Shown in pieces: positions 56,166 to 64,000 of a DNA stretch of 64,000 bases. Each line of letters starts with the position of its first letter. Within the stretch, counting starts at the first letter, position 1. The stretch comes from an uncultured Calditrichaceae bacterium. Lineage in GTDB: Bacteria > Calditrichota > Calditrichia > RBG-13-44-9. The notes under the pieces are model-generated. The model saw nothing but the letters and a program-made list of their open reading frames with translations. It had not been told where the DNA came from and searched no databases. Where the stretch lies: NCBI GenBank assembly GCA_964452045.1, contig CAYVKM010000009.1, forward strand, positions 2,925 through 66,924, given 5' to 3'. The translations under genes were made by a program, and so were the position numbers.

Positions 56166-57461
56166 TTAAATAAGATTTAGCTTTTTAAATACATAATTTA
56201 CATTTTTCAGGCGGTTTCCCAAATTACAAATCAGATCAACTTCTTCCGGGGTTAAGAGTTTTTTAATTTCCTTATCCGCCATAAGGTTATCCTTAAATTC
56301 AGTTTTATTTTCCCATACCTTCATAGCATTCTGCTGTACCAGCCGGTAAGCCTCCTCTCGGCTCAATCCTTTCTCCACCAATTTTAACAGCAATGGCTGG
56401 GAATAGATCAATCCATGGGTCAAATTTAAATTTCTTATCATATTTTCGGGATGAACAACCATTCCTTTAATCACCTGAATTGTCTTATAAAGCATATAAT
56501 ACAGAGTTATCGTCGCATCCGGAATAATAACCCGTTCCACCGAAGAATGAGAAATGTCCCTTTCGTGCCATAATGCTATATTTTCCATGGCGGTGGTTGC
56601 CCAGCCCCTGAGTAAACGGGCCATTCCACTGATTCGTTCGGATATAATCGGATTTTTTTTGTGTGGCATGGCGGAAGATCCCTTTTGCCCCTTTCCAAAA
56701 GGCTCTTCTGCTTCGAGTACCTCAGTTTTCTGCAAATGCCGGAGCTCCACTGCAATTTTCTCCAGGTTGGCACCAATGACTGCCAGCGTATTCATATAGT
56801 AGGCATGCCGGTCCCGTTGAATAATCTGAGTGGATATTGGGGCCGGCTTCAAATTCAATTTTTTACAGACATATTCCTCCACACTCGGATCCAAATGATC
56901 GTATGTCCCCACCGCTCCCGATATTTGCCCATAGGAAATTAACTCCAGTGCATTTTCCAGCTGGACAATGCTTCTCAGGGTGTCGCTGTACCACAGGGCT
57001 AATTTTAATCCAAAGGTAACGGGTTCCGCATGGATACCATGGGTTCTGCCTACCATGATGGTATTTTTGTAAAGAACTGCTTTTTCGCTTAAAATTATCT
57101 TTAAGTCATTCAATTTTTTCAGAATCAATTCCCCGGCCTGTCGCATCTGAACGGCAAGTGTGGTATCCAGAATGTCCGATGAGGTCATGCCAAAATGGAT
57201 ATAGCGGGAATTCGGCCCAACATATTCGGCTACATTGGTCAGGAAGGCAATAACATCATGCTGAACGGTTTCTTCGATTTCCAAAATCCGTTTCACTTCA
57301 AAATCAGCCTTTTTTCGAATTTCCCGAACAGCTTTTTTAGGAATAATACCCAATTCAGCCTGGGCTTCACAGGCAAGGATCTCTATCTCCAACCAGATGG
57401 CAAATTTATTCTGGTCATCCCAAATTTTTCCAATTTCCGGCAAAGTATACCGTTCAATCAT
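56166..57461 (-). CDS. purB: Adenylosuccinate lyase
   Basis: MIERY, HDVIAF, HFGMTSSD, GRTHGIHAEP, SGAVG, GSSAMPHKKNP, LWHERDISHSS. Confidence 0.97.
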   Translation of the reverse strand: MIERYTLPEIGKIWDDQNKFAIWLEIEILACEAQAELGIIPKKAVREIRKKADFEVKRILEIEETVQHDVIAFLTNVAEYVGPNSRYIHFGMTSSDILDTTLAVQMRQAGELILKKLNDLKIILSEKAVLYKNTIMVGRTHGIHAEPVTFGLKLALWYSDTLRSIVQLENALELISYGQISGAVGTYDHLDPSVEEYVCKKLNLKPAPISTQIIQRDRHAYYMNTLAVIGANLEKIAVELRHLQKTEVLEAEEPFGKGQKGSSAMPHKKNPIISERISGMARLLRGWATTAMENIALWHERDISHSSVERVIIPDATITLYYMLYKTIQVIKGMVVHPENMIRNLNLTHGLIYSQPLLLKLVEKGLSREEAYRLVQQNAMKVWENKTEFKDNLMADKEIKKLLTPEEVDLICNLGNRLKNVNYVFKKLNLI

Positions 57462-58681
57462 TTTTGCGAGCCGCCTTCTAATAATCTCATATTGATTTTT
57501 TTCTCTTCCTTATTCCGTAGGATAATTAAATCCAGCTTATCTCCCACCTGCAAATCCGTATCGGTGAGAATTGAGATCAAACTTTCCGAATCGGTTACCC
57601 TATGGTTATTTACCTTGATGATAACATCTTCAGTCGCCAGTCCGGCTATTGCTGCGGAACTTCCGGGATCGACCTGAGTGATAATAACCCCGTCTTTGGT
57701 TTTCAGACCCAGTGCTTTGGTTATCACCGGATTCAGATCCTGTACCCTGAATCCCAGCCAGTAATTACGGTTAACTCCGCCCTTCTGCTTAATCTGATCG
57801 ATTATCCTCAAAATGCGGTTTATCGGAATGGCAAATCCAATTCCAACTGATCCTTCTTCATAGCGGCTTCCGGTGAATATAAACGTATTCATCCCTATCA
57901 CCTGCCCCATGGCATTCACCAGCGGACCACCACTATTTCCGTGATTGATGGCGGCATCGGTCTGGATCATGTCCATGTAGATTCGGCCTTCCGGGACTCT
58001 GCCCCAATCCCGGTTAATCGCACTGATTACCCCAACTGTAACTGTTGGCTGATCATTCAACTGGAAAAGTCCGAAAGGATTTCCCAGGGCAATGGCCCAT
58101 TCACCGACTATCAGATCATCCGAATTGCCGGTCGGCAGATAGGGAAAATCATTTCCGGTAATTTTAAGCAGGGAAATATCCGATACCTTATCTTTTCCCA
58201 CCAGTTCTGCGTTATGTTTCTCTCCCCCTGGCAAAGTTACAATAATCTCAGTGCCTTCCCCCACCACATGGTCGTTGGTGACAATATATCCCTCTGGTGA
58301 AATGATAAATCCACTTCCCAGACTCTGCAATTTTTGTTCATATACCCGGTCTTTGAACAACTCGGGAAACAACTGTTGCCAGTATGGATCCGCCATATAG
58401 AATGGACTGCGCTGAGTGATTTTTACGATCTCAATCACATTAATACCAACCACTGCCGGACTGGCCGCTGCCGCGGCTTTGGTAATGGCATTCTGTCGTG
58501 ATGTGGAAATGGTTTCGTTTCTTTGTAACAGGGAATCGGAAACGGTTTGCGCATTGGCGGACTTCAGGAAAAGCGAATCATCACCGGAAGCGCGGTTATC
58601 ATTATTTTGCTGGCATCTCGGTATGAAAGCCATAAATAGTAATAAAGCAAATGGAGTGAAAATTTTTAAAAACACTTTCAA
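57458..58681 (-). CDS. HtrA/DegP-family serine protease, one PDZ domain
   Basis: GSGFIIS, TNDHVV (His), DISLLK (Asp), QTDAAINHGNSGGPL (Ser), PDZ LGFRVQ. Confidence 0.93.
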   Translation of the reverse strand: MKVFLKIFTPFALLLFMAFIPRCQQNNDNRASGDDSLFLKSANAQTVSDSLLQRNETISTSRQNAITKAAAAASPAVVGINVIEIVKITQRSPFYMADPYWQQLFPELFKDRVYEQKLQSLGSGFIISPEGYIVTNDHVVGEGTEIIVTLPGGEKHNAELVGKDKVSDISLLKITGNDFPYLPTGNSDDLIVGEWAIALGNPFGLFQLNDQPTVTVGVISAINRDWGRVPEGRIYMDMIQTDAAINHGNSGGPLVNAMGQVIGMNTFIFTGSRYEEGSVGIGFAIPINRILRIIDQIKQKGGVNRNYWLGFRVQDLNPVITKALGLKTKDGVIITQVDPGSSAAIAGLATEDVIIKVNNHRVTDSESLISILTDTDLQVGDKLDLIILRNKEEKKINMRLLEGGSQK

Positions 58682-58697
58682 TTTTTCTCCAAAATGA

Positions 58698-59435
58698 TTA
58701 ATTGTAAAAAATTTCTTCCAGAAAAAGGCCGCGAGCCGGAGCAGCTACTCCAGCCTCAGTCCGGTCCTTCGATTTAAAAATCTGTTTGAACTGTTGCATG
58801 GTGAATCTACCACGGGAGACATCCATCATTGTGCCAACCAAGCCTCGAACCATACCATGTAAAAACCGGTTGGCCGAAATCCGATAAATCAAAAACTGAT
58901 TTTCCTGTCGCCAGACAGATTCATGCACAGTACATACTTTGTGTTCCGCTTGGACTTGATATTTAACAAAGGCACCAAAATCGTGTTCACCAATGAGCAG
59001 TGCAGCCATTTCCTGCAATAAATCAAAATTGATTTTATGAAAATACTCCCAGCTGTATTTCCGATAGATTGCTGTCCGTTCCAGACTCACAAAATATTGA
59101 TAAATGCGCTTCCTCGCATCAAACCGGGCATTAAAATCCAATGGGACCTGATCAACTTTTTTCACCACAATATCCAGAGGTAGATACGAATTAATGCCTT
59201 TCATGATTTTCGATAAGGCAATTTTTCTAGCCAATACGAAGTTGACCACCTGTCCCCGGGCATGAACCCCGGTATCGGTCCTTCCTGCTGCTGTCGTTGT
59301 CACTTTTTCTTGCGTCATCTGTTGAATAGCACTCTCCAAAGTTTCCTGAATACTATTTGCATTTTTCTGTCGTTGCCAACCGTGGTAATTTGTGCCATCG
59401 TATTCGATAACCAGCCGGATATTTCGTCTATCCAT
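58698..59435 (-). CDS. truA: tRNA pseudouridine(38-40) synthase
   Basis: YDGTNYHGWQ, AGRTDTGVHA.GQ, FNARF.A, HDF.AF, FLHGMVR, APARGLFL. Confidence 0.96.
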   Translation of the reverse strand: MDRRNIRLVIEYDGTNYHGWQRQKNANSIQETLESAIQQMTQEKVTTTAAGRTDTGVHARGQVVNFVLARKIALSKIMKGINSYLPLDIVVKKVDQVPLDFNARFDARKRIYQYFVSLERTAIYRKYSWEYFHKINFDLLQEMAALLIGEHDFGAFVKYQVQAEHKVCTVHESVWRQENQFLIYRISANRFLHGMVRGLVGTMMDVSRGRFTMQQFKQIFKSKDRTEAGVAAPARGLFLEEIFYN

Positions 59436-59745
59436 AAAGCTCTGAGTATGAAAATGAACTTCGATGCAGGAAATACTTTAGAATTTTATCTATACCCGAA
59501 ATAAAATACTGGACAAGGAAAATTGCTTCAGACATTAAGAATATCCAAAATTATCCACAAATCACTAAAACATAATAAGACCGCAAAATATAATAAAAGT
59601 TCAACTTAAAACAAAATATAATAAATACCTTAAGAGATACCAAATCCTGGGGATTTGTATATCGCTTTCATTTTTTGAAATCGAAAAAAAAGAGGTTAAG
59701 TTTTAATTATTTGGGTAATGGTGGAGAATCGAACTCAAATCTGTT

Positions 59746-61005
59746 TTACTTCTGAGGCAAGACAATTCTTACCCAATCCACTTTGCGGCGGGTTGCCCTG
59801 GAGACGGTAAATTTGAATCCATCGAAGGTAAATGTTTCGTCCCTTTTAGGAATATGTCCAAGATAACTGAGAATAAAACCGGCTAATGTCTCATAATTTC
59901 CTTCCGGTAGTTCAATGCCCAATTCTTCCTTAAGCTGCTCAGGTTCAATCCGGGTATTCACACTATAAAGATTTTCACCTAAAACCTTTATCAAAGCAGA
60001 GGCTTCATCATATTCGTCGATAATCTCTCCTACCAGCTCTTCAATTAAATCTTCGGCTGTGACCAACCCGGCAGTACCACCATATTCGTCAACTACAATT
60101 GCAATGGTGGTATTCTCCTTGCGGAATTCTCTTAATAATTGTAAAGTGCGCTTGGTTTCGGGCACAAACATAATGTTTCTGATAATCTCTTTAAGGGATT
60201 GAGGCTGCAGAAACAGGTCTTTCAGGAAGACCACCCCAATGATATTATCCAGATTTTCCCGAAATACCGGTATTTTGGTAAAACCTGATTTTTGGAAGAC
60301 GGTTATCAAATCATCAAGTGAAGTATTATCCTCCACCGCTATAATTTCCGTTCTGGGTATCTGGGCTTCCCTAACCCGTAAAGAACGAAAATTAAATAAT
60401 CTGGCCAGAATTTTACTTTCCTCTGCATCCAGATCTGCATATCTTCTGCTCTCACGGATAAGTATTTCGATGTCTTTCTTGGAGAAAAAATCGGTAAGTT
60501 CAGTATCGGGATATTTTAAAAGTTTTAAGACAAACCGGCTGATATGATTGACGATCCAGATAATCGGCTGAAAGAGGTAATAAAACAATTGCAGGAGATA
60601 AGCCACTTTTCTTACGATAAAATCCGCCAAGCTTCGAAACAGGGTTTTGGGGATGATTTCTCCGAACAGGATGGTAACACTGGTGATCAACAACCAGGTA
60701 ATCTTTTCATCGAAATAGTGATGCAGATAAATCGTGGCATAGGAAGCAAATGCGACATTGGCGATATTATTTCCAATTAGCGTGGTATATATAAATCTCT
60801 CCGGCTTCAGCAGAAACCGGAAGATAATCTCCCCCGCCCGACTTTTTTGTCTGCGCCAAAGTTCAATACGGACCCGGTTTACCGAAAGAAAAGCGGTTTC
60901 CGTTCCTGAAAAATAAAAGGTAAGAACCAGAGAAACAAGAATAATAATTTCTATCAATGAAATAATTCCGTCTTTTAAAAATCTCTTTTCATATTTTGGG
61001 TTCAA
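59746..61005 (-). CDS. Hemolysin/CNNM (DUF21-CBS-CorC) family protein
   Basis: FSGTETAF, TLIGNNIAN, FGEIIPK, PRTEI, VDEYGGTAGLVT.EDLIEELVGEI.DEYD, YETLAG; exact start uncertain. Confidence 0.92.
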   Translation of the reverse strand: MNPKYEKRFLKDGIISLIEIIILVSLVLTFYFSGTETAFLSVNRVRIELWRRQKSRAGEIIFRFLLKPERFIYTTLIGNNIANVAFASYATIYLHHYFDEKITWLLITSVTILFGEIIPKTLFRSLADFIVRKVAYLLQLFYYLFQPIIWIVNHISRFVLKLLKYPDTELTDFFSKKDIEILIRESRRYADLDAEESKILARLFNFRSLRVREAQIPRTEIIAVEDNTSLDDLITVFQKSGFTKIPVFRENLDNIIGVVFLKDLFLQPQSLKEIIRNIMFVPETKRTLQLLREFRKENTTIAIVVDEYGGTAGLVTAEDLIEELVGEIIDEYDEASALIKVLGENLYSVNTRIEPEQLKEELGIELPEGNYETLAGFILSYLGHIPKRDETFTFDGFKFTVSRATRRKVDWVRIVLPQK

Positions 61006-61108
61006 AAATTACATTAAAAAAACCCATAATACAAAATACATTTATTCACTGCATAGATCAGTAAAATTTTTTAATATTAGAGGAAATTTTTAAATGTGAG
61101 GCCAATAT

Positions 61109-63379
61109 ATGCGACTAGCAGGTATGCTTATTCTTTCCATTTTCCTAGTCCAATTTTCCTGTGCACCCAATTATTACATCGAATATGCTAAAATTCAGGG
61201 ATATAATTGGTTTGAGGTCACTTATCAGGGTGCACTTGCTCAGGACGATGTGAATAAGTGGAAAATCGAACCTGAAGTAAAAATTGAAAATGTCGAGATT
61301 TCCGAGAGTAAGGCAAAAATTAGAGTTTCCAAAAATTTCAAGTTAGATGAACATTATTATCTCCATACCGGGAAAAATAAATTTTTCCTAATACCGGATG
61401 GAATTTTAGATTCGCTTTACTCCGATAAACCGCTGGGATACCATATAGAAGGAAGTAATATTTATTTCAGGGTTTTTGCTCCTCGGGCAAAATGGGTAAA
61501 GATTCTACATTTCCGGGATGTCAGGGATAAGGATGGGGAATCATCTTTGATGACCCGGGATAAAGATGGCGTGTGGGAATTTACCACTTCTTCAGATTGG
61601 CAGGGCGATTTTTATGGTTATAAAGTCTGGGGACCAACCGGAAATGGCGATATATTTGATTCTACCATCGTCATTGCGGATCCATACAGCCCTGCAGTGG
61701 CGACGATCAACCATTATACCCATCCCGGAAAAACATTGATTCAAAAACCTTCAAAGAATAATTGGAAGGGAAATCGATGGCAAAAAATGGATTGGCGGGA
61801 TCTGATTATTTATGAGATGCATGTTCGCGATCTGACTGCTCATCCTTCATCCGGATTAAAGAAAGAAGACCGAGGGTATTATCGTAGCCTGCTGGAGAAG
61901 AATCAAAAAGGAGGCCTGACTTACATTAAATCCTTGGGTGTTAATGCCGTTGAACTCTTGCCGGCGCAGGATTTCGCCAATATCGAAGTGCCATACGAAG
62001 ATAAAGATGCCCCGGTTTACAATACCTGGAATCCATACGCCCGGAATCACTGGGGCTATATGACCAGTTATTTTTTCGCGCCGGAGTCTTACTATGCAGA
62101 TCACGGCAATATGGTTGAGGGAGATATAAATGGTGCAGATGGCTTGCAGATCAATGAATTTAAAGAAATGGTACAAGCTTTTCATCAAAATGGGATTGCT
62201 GTTTTGATGGACGTGGTTTATAACCATGTATCTCAGTACGATTACAACCCCCTCAAATATATCGATAAATTCTATTATTTCCGTCTGAATGATGATTGCA
62301 CATTTGAATCGGTCAGTGGATGTGGAAATGATTTCAAGACCGAAAGGCCAATGGCCCGGCGGCTGATTGTGGAAAGCGTTCTGCACTGGATAAATGAATA
62401 TCACGTGGACGGCTTCCGTTTTGATCTGGCAAAACTAATTGACTGGCAGACATGTGATGATATTTTGCAGGCCGCCCAAAAAGTAAATCCGCAGGTGGTT
62501 ATTATTGCCGAACCCTGGGGTGGCGGCTACGATCCCTATGGATTTTCCGATCATGGCTGGGCATCCTGGAATGACCAGATTCGTAATGGTGTTAAGGGTC
62601 AAAATCCGAATGACGGTCTAGGATTCATTTTTGGTGACTGGCAGGGAGATAACGATCGGAAATCACTGCAGCGGTATGTGATGGGTTCGCTCCGGGAGTT
62701 TGGTGGACAGTACCGCCAGACTACTCACTCGGTCAATTATCTGGCCTCGCATGATGACAATACCCTGGGGGATTTTATCCGCCTGGGGCTGCGAGAGGTC
62801 AGTGAGCAGGACAGTATTACCGATCTGGTCAAGAATGCTCAACTCTCTCCGCTAAATCTGAAAACGAATAAGCTGGCAGCAATATTTTTGCTCACTGTTC
62901 AGGGACCGGTAATGATTCATGAAGGGCAGGAATTTGCCCGGAGTAAAGTGATCGCCCCAACAGATGTTCCTGACAAAAATGTTGGACGGATAGACCATAA
63001 CAGCTATGACAAGGATAATCCTACCAACTGGTTAAATTTTGATTTTGCTGAAATGAACAGCGAGTTAGTGAATTACTACCGGGGATTAGTTGAAATGCGC
63101 AAGGCCCATTTGGCATTCCGGCATGCAAATCCGGAAAATTTCACCTTCCTAGATACTTCGGATTCTCTTTTTCTGGTTTATGAACTGAATTTTAATCGGA
63201 ATCATTACCTTGTCCTTTTGAATGGGAATCAATCAGTTTCGCAAAATTTTGAAATGCCGGAGGGCACCTGGGGGGTACTGGCAGACTGGGAGAAAGCCGG
63301 ATCTACGCCATATCGGGTGATATCTCGATCTGTTTTGGAGATTCCCCCCACTAGTGGTATGGTTTTGGTGAAAGAATGA
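61109..63379 (+). CDS. pulA: Pullulanase / type I debranching enzyme (GH13), probable lipoprotein
   Basis: Lipobox QFS-C; FRVFAP, ADPYS, IYEMHVRD, NHWGY, MDVVYNH, DGFRFDL (Asp), AEPW (Glu), SHDD (Asp), GQEF. Confidence 0.9.
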   Translation: MRLAGMLILSIFLVQFSCAPNYYIEYAKIQGYNWFEVTYQGALAQDDVNKWKIEPEVKIENVEISESKAKIRVSKNFKLDEHYYLHTGKNKFFLIPDGILDSLYSDKPLGYHIEGSNIYFRVFAPRAKWVKILHFRDVRDKDGESSLMTRDKDGVWEFTTSSDWQGDFYGYKVWGPTGNGDIFDSTIVIADPYSPAVATINHYTHPGKTLIQKPSKNNWKGNRWQKMDWRDLIIYEMHVRDLTAHPSSGLKKEDRGYYRSLLEKNQKGGLTYIKSLGVNAVELLPAQDFANIEVPYEDKDAPVYNTWNPYARNHWGYMTSYFFAPESYYADHGNMVEGDINGADGLQINEFKEMVQAFHQNGIAVLMDVVYNHVSQYDYNPLKYIDKFYYFRLNDDCTFESVSGCGNDFKTERPMARRLIVESVLHWINEYHVDGFRFDLAKLIDWQTCDDILQAAQKVNPQVVIIAEPWGGGYDPYGFSDHGWASWNDQIRNGVKGQNPNDGLGFIFGDWQGDNDRKSLQRYVMGSLREFGGQYRQTTHSVNYLASHDDNTLGDFIRLGLREVSEQDSITDLVKNAQLSPLNLKTNKLAAIFLLTVQGPVMIHEGQEFARSKVIAPTDVPDKNVGRIDHNSYDKDNPTNWLNFDFAEMNSELVNYYRGLVEMRKAHLAFRHANPENFTFLDTSDSLFLVYELNFNRNHYLVLLNGNQSVSQNFEMPEGTWGVLADWEKAGSTPYRVISRSVLEIPPTSGMVLVKE

Positions 63380-63492
63380 AAATGGGTGGTACTTCTTATC
63401 GGAGATAGTTGCAATATTTATCCCTGGGCCATTCCTCCACGCGGGGATAACTTCTCCCGCAGCTGTGGGATCGAAAAGACAGCCATTATTTG

Positions 63493-63573
63493 TGTCATAC
63501 CCGCATGCATAAAGCGGGTATCCATTTGTCTCATCCTTGGATTCTGGATCCCGGCTCTCCGGCCGGGATGACA
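63493..63573. repeat. Palindromic REP/RPE-like element, GTCAT.CCCGC type
   Basis: TGTCATACCCGC-ATGCATAAA-GCGGGTATCCA ... TGGATCCCGGC-TCTCCG-GCCGGGATGACA: terminal inverted repeats with two internal hairpins. Confidence 0.8.
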
Positions 63574-63581
63574 AAAGAGTA

Positions 63582-63712
63582 GTCATCGCCCCAAAGGGAC
63601 CACTTTGTGGCAAGCGAAGCGCGGCGATCTCGCTTGGTTAATTTTAGTAATATTCCTCCCTGAGTAAATCCCACACAAGGGGATTGCCACGGCCTCCTTG
63701 CCTCGCAAAAAC
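63582..63712. repeat. Second, degenerate palindromic element, GTCAT.GCGAG type
   Basis: GTCATCGC...GCAAGCGAAGCGCGGCGATCTC ... GGGATTGCCACGGCCTCCTTGCCTCGCAAAAAC. Confidence 0.65.
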
Positions 63713-63838
63713 AAAAAAAGCAGTTCTCACAGTAATTATAATCAATGCCACAAAAATTGATTTCAACTTTGCATTTTTCTCCATCTTCGTATTACTTTAT
63801 GAAAATTTCAAAACCAGAATTAAAAATCGGAGAGCTTT

Positions 63839-64000
63839 ATGGCAGATGATACCAAAGTAAAACAGGGCTTCACCTCATTTCCTTTCCTTTTCTGGCTGGT
63901 AGTTATTTTCGAATTCTTTGAACGCGGTTCCTATTACGGCATGATGAGTATCCTCTCTGTCTATATGACCGAACATCTCCACTTTGCCAAAGAAAGTGTG
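63839..64000 (+). CDS. POT/PTR-family (MFS) peptide transporter, N-terminal fragment (runs off window end)
   Basis: Manual translation MADDTKVKQGFTSFPFLFWLVVIFEFFERGSYYGMMSILSVYM...; ExxER..YYG motif; GGAGAG upstream. Not in ORF track. Confidence 0.85.
   Translation, partial: MADDTKVKQGFTSFPFLFWLVVIFEFFERGSYYGMMSILSVYMTEHLHFAKESV

Noticed and set aside
59551-59559. DnaA box as possible oriC
   Set aside because: Only one perfect box, and no dnaA/dnaN/gidA context.
59719-59737. tRNA T-arm-like sequence (minus strand TGAGTTCGATTCTCCACCA)
   Set aside because: No acceptor stem, D-arm or anticodon arm can be built; too short to call a tRNA or att remnant.
152-62404. Numerous short antisense or alternate-frame ORFs in the track (e.g. 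1859-2230, 19891-20280, 57195-57677, 61856-62404)
   Set aside because: They lie within well-supported genes and lack motifs; treated as shadow ORFs.
63233-63613. ORFs 63233-63613(-), 63229-63414(-) and 63386-63571(+)
   Set aside because: They overlap the pulA end and the palindromic repeats; no recognisable protein features.
63420-63712. CRISPR array
   Set aside because: No regularly spaced identical repeats with unique spacers and no cas genes; the elements are nested inverted repeats.

Overview
AT-rich (roughly 40% GC by eye) bacterial chromosomal segment, mostly housekeeping genes and mostly on the minus strand. Gene content and order (yggS-divIVA-PNP-ileS; topA-xerC-hpf-hprK-PTS IIA; purB-purC-psd-pssA-purS-purQ-DUF4321-tatA; DUF2723, DUF4837, TonB receptor, FlgD/T9SS-like C-terminal domain) suggest an FCB-group diderm such as Calditrichota (inference, not a database result). 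No rRNA, complete tRNA, CRISPR array, prophage or transposase was seen. Highlights: (1) a 75-aa SelW/SelT/Rdx-family selenoprotein (C-A-E-U, in-frame TGA with a SECIS-like hairpin) at 34803-35030(-) that the ORF track misses, convergent with trxB. (2) It ends a co-directional run of TonB receptor, lipoprotein and an erythromycin-esterase-fold lipoprotein whose catalytic residues are replaced. (3) The purC in the purine cluster is intact but has lost most substrate/metal ligands, so it is a probable pseudoenzyme. (4) A candidate protein O-mannosylation locus (TMEM260/DUF2723 GT-C + flippase + polyprenol-P-mannose synthase). (5) A REC-tnaA-effectorless STAND/TPR-alpha/beta-hydrolase run. (6) A DUF362 + polyferredoxin pair with N-terminal and internal Tat motifs. 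(7) A cluster of GTCAT...ATGAC palindromic repeats after the pullulanase gene.
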